Part shown: one piece after another, positions 1 through 7,843 of the stretch
How positions within the stretch are numbered: the stretch's first letter is position 1
Layout: the number at the start of each line of letters is the position of its first letter
DNA from: Geminisphaera colitermitum TAV2
GTDB lineage: Bacteria > Verrucomicrobiota > Verrucomicrobiia > Opitutales > Opitutaceae
Direction of reading: 5' to 3'
DNA length: 24,000 bases
Assembly: GCF_000171235.2 (NCBI RefSeq)
Contig: NZ_ABEA03000006.1
Coordinates: forward strand, 14,344-38,343
Notes under the pieces: model-generated
The model's database searches: none
What the model was told of the DNA's origin: nothing
What the model saw: only the letters and a program-made list of their open reading frames with translations
Program-made: the position numbers and the translations under genes

Positions 1-504
1 TCGGGAAAGAAATATGAATTTGGACAGAAGGTAAGTGTGGCATCGACGAGCAAGGGAGGCTGGCTGTTGGGAGCGTTATGTATGCCAGACAATCCGTATG
101 ATGGGCACACGCTTGAAGCGCAAATGGAGCAGGTAAAACGGCTCTATATTGAAAAACAGGGGCCGAAAACGGCGCACGTGGACATGGGTTATCGAGGGCA
201 CAATTATGAGGGGCCGGTGGAGGTGATCGTGGACAAACGCAGGCGAGGGAAAATCCCCAAACGAGTCTGGCGCTGGATGAAACGCCGTGCCGCCATTGAG
301 CCGACAATCGGACATCTCAAGAATGAACATCGTATGGAGCGCAACAAGTTACGCGGATTGATCGGAGACAAGGTCAATGCCATCCTCAGCGCCGCCGCGA
401 TGAACTTCGGAAAGCTCCTGGCTTTCCTTTTGGCCTTTTTTTCCCGCCTTCTGCTCGCGCTTTTTCCCGCCTTGCGCACCTCGCCATGCTTCAAACTCGC
501 TTAA
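1..504 (+). CDS. IS5-family DDE transposase, C-terminal part (5' end outside window)
   Basis: Frame 1 is open from base 1 (SGKKYEFGQKVSVASTSKGGW...), so the listed 37..504 ORF is only the tail of a longer gene. It has NPYDGHTL, the R-x3-E-x6-K signature (RRAAIEPTIGHLK) and GD..N..L.A.A.NF.KLL, typical of IS4/IS5 DDE transposases. Confidence 0.85.
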   Translation, partial: SGKKYEFGQKVSVASTSKGGWLLGALCMPDNPYDGHTLEAQMEQVKRLYIEKQGPKTAHVDMGYRGHNYEGPVEVIVDKRRRGKIPKRVWRWMKRRAAIEPTIGHLKNEHRMERNKLRGLIGDKVNAILSAAAMNFGKLLAFLLAFFSRLLLALFPALRTSPCFKLA

Positions 505-532
505 TACCGCCCTTCCTCAGCACCGACTACAT

Positions 533-579
533 AAAAAAAGAGGGCACCATCCTGAGATGGCGTCCTCTTTATTATTTTT
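533..579. terminator. Bidirectional intrinsic terminator between transposase (+) and DeoR gene (-)
   Basis: 13-bp stem agagggcaccatc / gatggcgtcctct (one mismatch, one G-U) with tetraloop ctga at 539-568. Flanked by A7 on the left and tttattattttt on the right. Confidence 0.6.
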
Positions 580-606
580 CAGTTGTATTTTTAATATATT
601 GATTCC

Positions 607-1386
607 TCACTCCGCCACCTTCAGCTTTGCGCCGGCGGATTGCAGGGCGCGAGCGATGGGGGGGGGGGGGGGGATGTCCGTCACGATGGTGAAACGCGCG
701 TCCACCGCAGTCGTCAGGCTCAGGGCCTTGCGGCCCCATTTGGAACTGTCCATCGCAAAGATCGTCGCCTCGGCGGCGGAGATCATCTTGCGCTGCGCAG
801 CCACAATCAGCGCGTTGTGATTCCAGATGCCCGCCTCCGTCACACCCGTGCCGCCGAGGATGGCGAGGTCGGCATGGATTTGTTCAAGGGATTGTTCGCA
901 AAGCGGTCCCACCAGCACGCCGAGGCGGTTGTGAATGCCGCCGCCCGTCACGATGGTTTCCGACGAACCGATTTCGCTAAAAAGGCCCGCGATCGGCAGC
1001 GAGTTGGTGATCACTTGCAGACGCTTGCCCACGAGCAACCGCGCCACCGCATACGTCGAAGTGCCGCCGTCCAGAATCACCGTCATGCCGGGCTGCACCT
1101 GCTCGGCAATGACACGGGCGATGGCGTGCTTCTCGGCGGCCTGCCGCTCGTCGCGCGCGATGAAATCGTATTCCTTGGCCAGTTCGTCGGTCTCGATCAA
1201 CGACGCCCCGCCGTGGTGACGCCGCAACACACCGCGCTCGGCGAGTTGGTCGAGCGAACGCCGCACGGTGGACAACGAAATGTCAAAACGCTCGGCCAGC
1301 GTGTGCAGGTCGGCATACTTGTGCTCGCGAATGAATCGCTCGATGAGGTCGATGCGTTGCTTGTTGGTCACGCGGCAGACTGTCAC
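607..1386 (-). CDS. DeoR/GlpR-family transcriptional regulator
   Basis: 259 aa with a GTG start. N-terminal HTH (LHTLAERFDISLSTVRRSLDQLAERGVLRR) and a DeoR-C sugar-phosphate sensor-like remainder (MTVILDGGTSTY, ITNSL, VTGG). A C16 run encodes PPPPP near the C-terminus. Confidence 0.9.
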   Translation of the reverse strand: MTVCRVTNKQRIDLIERFIREHKYADLHTLAERFDISLSTVRRSLDQLAERGVLRRHHGGASLIETDELAKEYDFIARDERQAAEKHAIARVIAEQVQPGMTVILDGGTSTYAVARLLVGKRLQVITNSLPIAGLFSEIGSSETIVTGGGIHNRLGVLVGPLCEQSLEQIHADLAILGGTGVTEAGIWNHNALIVAAQRKMISAAEATIFAMDSSKWGRKALSLTTAVDARFTIVTDIPPPPPIARALQSAGAKLKVAE

Positions 1387-1447
1387 AAGCCGGAGGCCGG
1401 ATTGTCAAAAGAAGTCATACACGCGCCTGACCACGCACTTGACCTTG

Positions 1448-1474
1448 GACATTCAGACCTTCGACATTCGGACC
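1448..1474. promoter_or_regulatory. Tandem direct repeat in the divergent DeoR / DUF360 intergenic region (candidate operator)
   Basis: GACATTCAGACC (1448-1459) and GACATTCGGACC (1463-1474), period 15 bp. They lie between the DeoR start (1386) and the downstream ATG (1484). Confidence 0.25.
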
Positions 1475-1483
1475 CTAAAGCCA

Positions 1484-1912
1484 ATGAGTCATCCGTTCCT
1501 TCAACTGCTGATCCGCTGGGTGGTGCTCGCGCTCGGCGTCACGCTCTCGACCAAAGTGCTGCCCGGCATCCGTTGTCAGGACCTGCCCACGCTCATCGTC
1601 GTGGTGGTGCTGCTCAGCTTCTTCAACGCCGTGCTCCGTCCCCTGCTGGTCTTGTTCACCCTGCCGTTCATCGTGCTGACAATGGGCTTCGGCCTCGTGC
1701 TGATCAACGCGCTGCTCTTCATGCTCGTGAGCCGCCTGGTGGAGGGGTTTGTGGTGGAGAGCTTCGGCTGGGCGGTGGGCGGCGCGCTCATCGTCGGCGT
1801 GACCAATCTCGTCATGAACAGCCTCATGCGTCGTCCGCCGCCGCCTCCGTCTCCTCCTCCCGGCGGCGGGCGCGGTGCGGACAACAAGCCCGGCGACGTC
1901 ATCGACGTCTGA
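1484..1912 (+). CDS. DUF360 / Phage_holin_4_2-type (YvlD-like) 4-TM membrane protein with Pro-rich tail
   Basis: Start chosen at the internal ATG (MSHPFLQLLIRWVVLALGV...). Four hydrophobic segments in the YvlD-like pattern (LLSFFNAVLRPLL, PFIVLTMGFGLVLINALLF). C-terminal PPPPPSPPPGGG. Confidence 0.7.
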   Translation: MSHPFLQLLIRWVVLALGVTLSTKVLPGIRCQDLPTLIVVVVLLSFFNAVLRPLLVLFTLPFIVLTMGFGLVLINALLFMLVSRLVEGFVVESFGWAVGGALIVGVTNLVMNSLMRRPPPPPSPPPGGGRGADNKPGDVIDV

Positions 1913-1924
1913 ACCAGGACTCTC

Positions 1925-2767
1925 GTGACACCGCTGCTCTTCACCCTCATCATTGCCCTCATCTCCATCTCGGCTGGCGCCCTCGGTTCGCTGGTCGGTG
2001 TCGGCGGAGGCATCATCGTGGTGCCCGCGTTGACCCTGCTCATGGGCGTGGATATCCAGCATGCCATCGCGGCGTCCATCGTCGCCGTGGTGGCGACATC
2101 GAGCGGCGCGGCGTCGTCCTACGTGCGGGAGCGGATCACCAACATCCGGCTCGCCATGGTCATGGAAATTGCGACCGCGGTGGGTGCGATCTGCGGGGCG
2201 TTCCTCGCGGTGGTCGTGTCGGGACGCTGGCTGTTTTTGTTGTTCGGCCTGGTGCTGTGTTACACGGCCTGGTCGATGTCGCGCAAAAGCCAGGGGCACC
2301 TGCGCGAGCCCGTGCCGGATGCGCTGGCGGACAGATTGCGGCTGCATAGCTCTTACTATGACCGCTCCTTGAAACAGGAAATTTCCTACCGCGTGTCGCG
2401 CACCCGGCTGGGCTTGGTGGTGAGTTACGTGGCGGGAGTGGTGAGCGGCCTGCTCGGCATCGGCGGCGGCGTGCTCAAGGTGCCGGTGATGAACCTCGCC
2501 ATGGGCCTGCCGATCAAGGTGTGCACGGCGACGAGCAACTTCATGATCGGCGTGACGGCGGCGGCGAGCGCCGCGGTGTATTTCATGCGCGGCGACGTGA
2601 AGCCTTTCATTGCCGCGCCGGTGGCGGTGGGCGTGCTGGTCGGGGCGAGGATCGGGGCGCGCCTGTTGGGACGACTCAAGGGCGAGGTCATCAAAAGAGC
2701 CTTCGTCATCGTGCTCGCGGTGTCGGCCCTGCAAATGCTCTGGAACGGGATTGTGGGGAAGGGCTGA
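1925..2767 (+). CDS. TauE/SafE (TSUP) family anion exporter
   Basis: 280 aa with a GTG start. Two homologous 4-TM halves, each with the G(S/L)LG(V/I)GGG motif (GSLVGVGGGIIVVP and GLLGIGGGVLKVP). Confidence 0.9.
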   Translation: MTPLLFTLIIALISISAGALGSLVGVGGGIIVVPALTLLMGVDIQHAIAASIVAVVATSSGAASSYVRERITNIRLAMVMEIATAVGAICGAFLAVVVSGRWLFLLFGLVLCYTAWSMSRKSQGHLREPVPDALADRLRLHSSYYDRSLKQEISYRVSRTRLGLVVSYVAGVVSGLLGIGGGVLKVPVMNLAMGLPIKVCTATSNFMIGVTAAASAAVYFMRGDVKPFIAAPVAVGVLVGARIGARLLGRLKGEVIKRAFVIVLAVSALQMLWNGIVGKG

Positions 2768-2776
2768 AAAACTGAA

Positions 2777-2953
2777 GGGAGGTTCTAAAAATTGCACAGA
2801 AGGTAACGAAGAAAACGAAGACAATCAATTGAAATGGAACTTTTGTTTTTAATAACCTATTGAAAATAAACAAATTAAACAAGTTATGCTCCCTGTCTTT
2901 ATCTTCGTTTTCTTGGTTATCTTCTGTGCAAAAATGAATTTTTAGAACCTCCC
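2777..2953. repeat. Long imperfect palindromic AT-rich element A
   Basis: The left arm gggaggttctaaaaattgcacagaaggtaacgaagaaaacgaaga matches the reverse complement of the right arm (...tcttcgttttcttggttatcttctgtgcaaaaatgaatttttagaacctccc), with 3 mismatches and a 7-nt indel. The core is AT-rich. GAA recurs at 2799/2808/2817 (9-nt phase). Confidence 0.8.
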
Positions 2954-2976
2954 TGAAATGAAACTGAAACGCTGAA

Positions 2977-3447
2977 ATGAAGACATTCTCATCAAAAACG
3001 ACAGCGAAGGCAGGGGCGGCAAAGTCGGCGATGGCGACTGGCGACGGCGCGGCCCCGATCTCGTTGCGCGTGGAGTTGCTCATCAGCGAAGTGTTGCGCT
3101 GGGGCGTGTGGGCGAGCCTCGCCTTGCTCGTGGCGGGCACCCTGCTGTGCTTTGTGCATTCGCATGACTATGGGGCGGGTGGCGGCACGGCGGAGGATTT
3201 GCGGCGGTTGATCGAGGGCGACGAAGCCTTTCCGCGCACACTGGTCTGGCTGGGCGAAGGGCTGGCGCATGGGCGCGGTCAGGCGATTGTCGTTCTGGGG
3301 CTGCTGCTCCTGATTTCCACGCCGGTGGTGCGGGTGGCGATTTCGATCGTGGGTTTCGCGTTGGAGCGCGACCGCATTTACGTGGTGGTAACGACCACCG
3401 TGTTTCTGCTTCTTGCGTTGTCTTTCGCACTGGGCAAGGCGGGATAG
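2977..3447 (+). CDS. DUF1634 membrane protein (usual partner of TauE/SafE)
   Basis: 156 aa, about 4 TM. C-terminal STPVVRVAISIVGFALERDRIYVVVTTTVFLLLALSF pattern. Sits directly downstream of the TauE gene. Confidence 0.7.
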   Translation: MKTFSSKTTAKAGAAKSAMATGDGAAPISLRVELLISEVLRWGVWASLALLVAGTLLCFVHSHDYGAGGGTAEDLRRLIEGDEAFPRTLVWLGEGLAHGRGQAIVVLGLLLLISTPVVRVAISIVGFALERDRIYVVVTTTVFLLLALSFALGKAG

Positions 3448-3523
3448 CGTCTCTTGATTTGAAATGGCCTCCCTACCGTTACGACAATGGCTGCAACTCA
3501 ACTTGAAATTCCCTGACCGGGTC

Positions 3524-4312
3524 ATGCATTGCTGCCGCCATCATCTCCTTGGTGTGATTTTCTGTATCGGTTTTTCGCTGACATTTCTCGCTGCGCCGGC
3601 AGTTGCCGCCGCCGCCACCGCCGATAGTGCCAGCATGACCGCCAACGCCGGTCCGCTGCGCTGGGAGCAGCAACGCGCCGACCTGCGCCTCAAGGCGGGC
3701 GAGAAAACCGCCTCGGCGATTTTTACTTTTGTCAACACGGGGGCGAAACCGGTGCGGATTACCTCGGTGGAATCGAGTTGCGGTTGCACGGCGGGAAAAC
3801 CCGACCGCGAGGAGTATGCGCCGGGCGAACGCGGGGAACTGCGCGCCGAGTTCAACGCCGGCTCGCGGCGCGGCGTGCAGTCCAACTGGATCGATGTGCG
3901 CACCGACGCCGGCGGCGAACCGGTGCGGCTGGAGTTTGTCGTCGTGATTCCCGATCCCCTGACCGCCACGCCCCGGATGCTAACCTGGGCCGCCGCCACC
4001 GAGATCGCCCGCGACACAACAATCCCCAAAACAACGCGGCTGCATTTTGACCGCCTGGAAACAGGCAGGATCGAGCGCGTCGAAGCCACGCCGGAGGCAG
4101 ACTGGCTGCGCGCCGAGGCGGTGCCGCCAGCCGGGGACGCTGGTGTCGGCGTCGCGGGCGAAACGCCGGACGCAAACGCGGGCGACTGGATCCTGAGCGT
4201 GACGCCTTCGTGGCACGAAGCCGCGCTGCCCTGGCGCTCGGCGGTCACGGTGACGGCGCACACGGAAAAACTCGGTCCGCTCAAACTCCGGATTTTCGTC
4301 GTGTGCCGCTGA
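3524..4312 (+). CDS. DUF1573 domain protein, secreted
   Basis: The internal ATG gives a signal-like N-terminus (MHCCRHHLLGVIFCIGFSLTFLAAPAVAAA). Hallmark FTFVNTGAKPVRITSVESSCGCTAGKP...PGERGELRAEFN. Confidence 0.8.
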   Translation: MHCCRHHLLGVIFCIGFSLTFLAAPAVAAAATADSASMTANAGPLRWEQQRADLRLKAGEKTASAIFTFVNTGAKPVRITSVESSCGCTAGKPDREEYAPGERGELRAEFNAGSRRGVQSNWIDVRTDAGGEPVRLEFVVVIPDPLTATPRMLTWAAATEIARDTTIPKTTRLHFDRLETGRIERVEATPEADWLRAEAVPPAGDAGVGVAGETPDANAGDWILSVTPSWHEAALPWRSAVTVTAHTEKLGPLKLRIFVVCR

Positions 4313-4342
4313 CGAAACTCACGCCATTCGCCGTTAAAAATA

Positions 4343-4450
4343 GATTTTAGACAGAATTAACGGAATTTAATGAATTAACGGAAGTTAAGTGAGAGACATT
4401 TTTTTCAAAATTCTGCCAATTCTACTCATTCTGTTAATTCTGTCTAAAAA
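4343..4450. repeat. Long imperfect palindromic AT-rich element B
   Basis: ttttagacagaattaacggaatttaatgaattaacggaag pairs with the reverse complement of the right arm, ttttagacagaattaacagaatgagtagaattggcagaatt. GAA at 4354/4363/4372/4381 (exact 9-nt phase). Confidence 0.75.
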
Positions 4451-4555
4451 ACTGCTGTTCCGCGCCTTTGCGTCTCGGCGTGAGATATTCCGGATGGGCG
4501 GCGCTTTGCGCCGTCGGCGGGGATTGGCAACAAAACCCGCCCTCCAATTGGAAAG

Positions 4556-4622
4556 ACGAAGGGGCTTTGTAAGCTTGGGGAACTTGCCCCAAGGGCGGCG
4601 GACGGACTTGCTGCTTCGTTTT
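4556..4622 (+). promoter_or_regulatory. Structured leader / terminator-like hairpin upstream of TerC
   Basis: Outer stem acgaag (4556-4561) / cttcgt (4614-4619) followed by tttt. Inner perfect 7-bp hairpin cttgggg-aacttg-ccccaag (4574-4593). Ends 17 nt before the TerC ATG. Confidence 0.3.
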
Positions 4623-4638
4623 ATCGAAAATAAATCAT

Positions 4639-5577
4639 ATGGCCAATACGCCGCTTAGTTTCTGGATCGGTTTTAATGTCTTTGTCCTGCTGATGCTCGC
4701 GCTCGACCTGGGCGTGTTTCACCGCAAGGCGCATGAAGTCTCGCTCAAGGAGGCGCTCGGCTGGAGCGCCGTCTGGATCAGCCTCGCGCTGGTGTTCAAC
4801 GGCCTCATCTGGTGGTGGCACGGCTCGACGCCCGCGCTGGAGTTTCTCACCGGCTACCTGCTCGAAAAGGCGCTCAGCGTGGACAACCTGTTCGTGTTCC
4901 TGCTGCTGTTTGGCTACTTTCGCATTCCCACGATCCTCCAGCACCGCGTGCTGTTCTGGGGCATCCTCGGCGCGCTCGTCATGCGCGCGGTGTTCATCGC
5001 GGCGGGCATCACGCTCATCAATCGCTTCCACTGGATCATTTACGTGCTCGGCGCGTTTTTGATCTACACGGGATTCAAGATGGCTTTTTGCAAAAGCGAA
5101 GAACCCGATCCGTCCAAGGGACTCGTGTTTCGCCTCGCCAACAAGTTCTGGCGCATCACGCCCGACTTGAAAGGGCAGCACTTTTTCTGGCGCGACGCCA
5201 AGGGCGTGCTCTGGTGCACGCCGCTGTTTCTCGTGCTCGTGCTGGTGGAGACGACCGACGTGGTTTTCGCCCTCGACTCGATCCCCGCCATCCTCGCCGT
5301 CACGCGCGACCCGTTCCTCGTTTATACGTCCAACATTTTTGCGATCCTCGGCCTGCGCGCGCTCTACTTCGCGCTTTCAGGCGTGATGAAGATGTTCCAC
5401 CACCTGCATTACGCGCTGGCGTTCATTCTGGCGTTCGTGGGCGTGAAGATGGTCATTTCAGGGTTCTTTCATGTGCCCGTCTGGATCTCGCTCATCGTGA
5501 TCGCTGTTTCGCTGACGGTTGCGATCGTCACCTCGATCATGAACCCGGTTCCGGTGGCCGCTGAGAAAAAAAGTTGA
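4639..5577 (+). CDS. TerC/Alx-family integral membrane protein
   Basis: 312 aa, polytopic. Family motifs FLTGYLLEKALSVDNLFVF and VETTDVVFALDSIPAILAVT. Confidence 0.9.
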   Translation: MANTPLSFWIGFNVFVLLMLALDLGVFHRKAHEVSLKEALGWSAVWISLALVFNGLIWWWHGSTPALEFLTGYLLEKALSVDNLFVFLLLFGYFRIPTILQHRVLFWGILGALVMRAVFIAAGITLINRFHWIIYVLGAFLIYTGFKMAFCKSEEPDPSKGLVFRLANKFWRITPDLKGQHFFWRDAKGVLWCTPLFLVLVLVETTDVVFALDSIPAILAVTRDPFLVYTSNIFAILGLRALYFALSGVMKMFHHLHYALAFILAFVGVKMVISGFFHVPVWISLIVIAVSLTVAIVTSIMNPVPVAAEKKS

Positions 5578-6214
5578 AAAGCGCCTCGGCTCCCGCCTGC
5601 GCCGCGCCGCCGAGAAAGACAAAGAACAGCACTCCGGCCAGCGCCACGGCGTAGGCGCAGAGGATCGCCTTGCCGTCGCGCTCCAGCAGGCCGCCCGCCG
5701 CCAGCAGAATGACCCAGGCGGGGAATGTATTGGAAAAGGGGATCGGCAAGGGCAGGAGCAGAAAGGCCGCCGCCGCCAGAATGAGCAGTGCGTGCGCGCG
5801 TCGCCACGGCTCCGGGTCGGTCAGCGAGGTGAGGCGGGGGCGGAGGAATTTTTCCAGAAAACCGAGCACGCGTCCGGTCAGCGCGAAGAGGCGTCCGTAA
5901 AATCCCGGTGGCAGGGGACGCCGTCGCAGGCGCGCGGGCAGCCACGGTCGCATCCCGAGCGTGAGCCGGAAGGCGATGATCCCGATCGCCACGCCAAAGG
6001 GAGTGGACAGGCCGGGCAGTGGAATGGGCGTGGTGAAGGGCAGCGCGAGCAGGATGAGGAGCAGCGTGTAGGCGCGTCCGCGCAGGGTGTGGATGACGTC
6101 GTCGAGCGTGACGGCTCCGCCGCCGGCGACGAGACGCTGGCGAATCGCGGCGAGTTCCGTCGAGAGGCGCGGGGGGGGCGGGGGCTGGGGCGTTTTTTCC
6201 GGAGAGTTCACCAC
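5537..6214 (-). CDS. exoD: ExoD-family exopolysaccharide synthesis membrane protein
   Basis: TLDDVIHTLRGRAYTLLLILLALPFTTPIPLPGLSTPFGVAIGIIAFRLTLGMRPWLP fits the ExoD pattern. I place the start at GTG 6214 (or 6211), because the longer ORF (to 6277) runs into palindromic element C. Start uncertain. Confidence 0.75.
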   Translation of the reverse strand: MVNSPEKTPQPPPPPRLSTELAAIRQRLVAGGGAVTLDDVIHTLRGRAYTLLLILLALPFTTPIPLPGLSTPFGVAIGIIAFRLTLGMRPWLPARLRRRPLPPGFYGRLFALTGRVLGFLEKFLRPRLTSLTDPEPWRRAHALLILAAAAFLLLPLPIPFSNTFPAWVILLAAGGLLERDGKAILCAYAVALAGVLFFVFLGGAAQAGAEALFNFFSQRPPEPGS

Positions 6215-6380
6215 AGGGGCACGGAGACACAGAGAATCACGGATTTTTTTGCCCACGAAACACACGAAAGGACACAAATGGGAAGGTAGGCATCTGATGG
6301 TTTTTCTTTCGTGTTCTTTCGCGTGTTTCGTGGCCCCCCTCCGTGGTTTGTTCCTTTGTGCTCCGTGTCTCTGTGGTGAA
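6207..6380. repeat. Long imperfect palindromic element C
   Basis: Termini ttcaccacag...ctgtggtgaa. Inner arms ccacgaaacacacgaaaggacac versus the reverse complement ccacgaaacacgcgaaagaacac. GAA/CAA at 6257/6266/6275 (9-nt phase). Followed by a G13 run. Confidence 0.75.
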
Positions 6381-6399
6381 CGGGGGGGGGGGGGAGGGG

Positions 6400-7134
6400 T
6401 CAGGAGCGGGCGGCGTTGAGCGCGGCACCGACGATGCCGGCTTCATTGAGGAAGGTGGCGGGCACGATGGGCGTGCGCAGTTTCAGGTGCTTGAACCATT
6501 TTTTGTGCTCCGAACTGATGCCGCCGCCCACGATAATGAGTTCGGGCCAGGTGACGGCTTCGAGCTGGTTGATGTAGTCGCTGACGCGGTTCGCCCACTT
6601 TTTGAAGGACATTTCCTTTGCTTCGCGCACGGCGGCGGAGACAAATTTTTCGTAGGATTTGCCCTTGTGGCGCAGGTGGCCGAATTCGGTGTTTGGATAC
6701 AGGCGGCCGTCGGCGAAGAGCGCGCTGCCCACGCCGGTGCCAAAGGTAAGCATGAGCACGGTGCCTTTGACGCCCTTGCCCGCGCCAAAGGTGGCTTCGG
6801 CCAGTCCGGCGGCGTCGGCGTCGTTAACGAGGGCGACGCGCTGCCCGGTGACTTTGGAGAAGAGTTTGGCGGCTTCGCAGTCGATAAAATCCTGATGCAG
6901 GTTGAAGGAGGTGCGGATGAAGCCGGACTGAATGACGCCGGGGAAGCCGACGCCGATGGGGCCTTTCCAATTGAAATGCGCGGCGAGTTTTTTGATCTCG
7001 CCGGCCATCTGCGCCGGGGTGAGCGCCTTGGGCGTGGCGATGCGATGGCGCTCCGCAAGGAGTTTGCCGGTTTGGGTGTTCACGGGCGCGCCTTTGAGGG
7101 CCGAGCCGCCGATGTCGATGCCGAGGATGTTCAT
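6400..7134 (-). CDS. ppgK: Polyphosphate glucokinase (ROK family)
   Basis: Start taken at [25 protein letters not shown] (ATP-binding DxGGS). Also [30 protein letters not shown] and IIVGGGIS motifs. The upstream 80 codons of the ORF are low-complexity and not needed. Confidence 0.85.
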   Translation of the reverse strand: MNILGIDIGGSALKGAPVNTQTGKLLAERHRIATPKALTPAQMAGEIKKLAAHFNWKGPIGVGFPGVIQSGFIRTSFNLHQDFIDCEAAKLFSKVTGQRVALVNDADAAGLAEATFGAGKGVKGTVLMLTFGTGVGSALFADGRLYPNTEFGHLRHKGKSYEKFVSAAVREAKEMSFKKWANRVSDYINQLEAVTWPELIIVGGGISSEHKKWFKHLKLRTPIVPATFLNEAGIVGAALNAARS

Positions 7135-7222
7135 GCGTTGGGAGATTGTGGATGAAGGTGGATGTGTGGAGAGCCGGGAGAGAGGGAGGAGTTGGGTAAT
7201 TTGAAAAATTCCGGGGCTCCGA

Positions 7223-7759
7223 TCAATGACATCCGCAGTCCGGGCGGTCGCAGCCGTCGTGTTTTCGGGAACTGCCGTCGTCGCCGCCACCACCGCAACA
7301 GCCGCCGTTGATGGGACGCTGCGGGTGCTCGATCTCCTCGGGCGTGGCGGGTCGGGTGCATACGATCTCGACATCAAAGGTCAGGTCCACGCCGGCGAGC
7401 GGATGATTGGCGTCGAGGATCACGTCGTCGCCTTCGATGGAGCGCACGGTGACGATGGGCGCGCTGGGTTCGGGGCCGGTCTGAAATTGGTCGCCGATGT
7501 TGATTTCCCCTTCGACGGGAAGCACGGACTTGGGCACCCGCTGGACCTGGCCGTCGTCGCGTTCGCCGTAGCCTTTGGCCGCCGGGACTTGCACGCTGGT
7601 TTTGGTGCCGCAGGGAAGGCCGGCAAGCGCCTCTTCCAGACCTTCGATGATTTGTCCCGCGCCTTCCAGATAGGCAAGGGCCTGGCCGCCGAGGGAGGTG
7701 TCGAGCACGCGGCCTTCAGGATCGCGGAGCGTGTAGTGAAACGAAATGACGTTGGGCAT
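7223..7759 (-). CDS. slyD: SlyD-like FKBP-type peptidyl-prolyl isomerase with Cys-rich C-terminal tail
   Basis: [39 protein letters not shown], an IF-domain insert, and [28 protein letters not shown]. Tail [27 protein letters not shown]. Confidence 0.85.
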   Translation of the reverse strand: MPNVISFHYTLRDPEGRVLDTSLGGQALAYLEGAGQIIEGLEEALAGLPCGTKTSVQVPAAKGYGERDDGQVQRVPKSVLPVEGEINIGDQFQTGPEPSAPIVTVRSIEGDDVILDANHPLAGVDLTFDVEIVCTRPATPEEIEHPQRPINGGCCGGGGDDGSSRKHDGCDRPDCGCH

Positions 7760-7843
7760 CCCGCCAACCCCGCTCGCAACGGGGCGGAGGGTCAAGCCGC
7801 ATGTTGGAAACGGTGGGTGTGGGGGGGGGGCGGGCGGGGAGGC

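Noticed and set aside
640-2824. Very long ORFs 640..2349 (+, 569 aa) and 1475..2824 (-, 449 aa)
   Set aside because: They are Arg/His/Gly/Pro-rich low-complexity translations running antisense or out of frame to well-supported DeoR, DUF360 and TauE genes. This is a typical stop-codon-poor artefact of high-GC DNA.
4461-4638. yybP-ykoY Mn2+ riboswitch upstream of TerC
   Set aside because: It is expected from context, but the conserved GGGGAGUAG and UUGACA loop sequences are not present. I report it only as an unclassified structured leader.
4389-4658. 89-aa ORF (MRDIFFKILPILLILLILSKK...)
   Set aside because: It starts inside palindromic element B and continues through the TerC leader. Its composition reflects the AT-rich repeat, not coding sequence.
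6343-7155. 270-aa plus-strand ORF
   Set aside because: It is antisense to the well-supported ppgK gene, Gly/Ala/Asp-rich, and has no motif.
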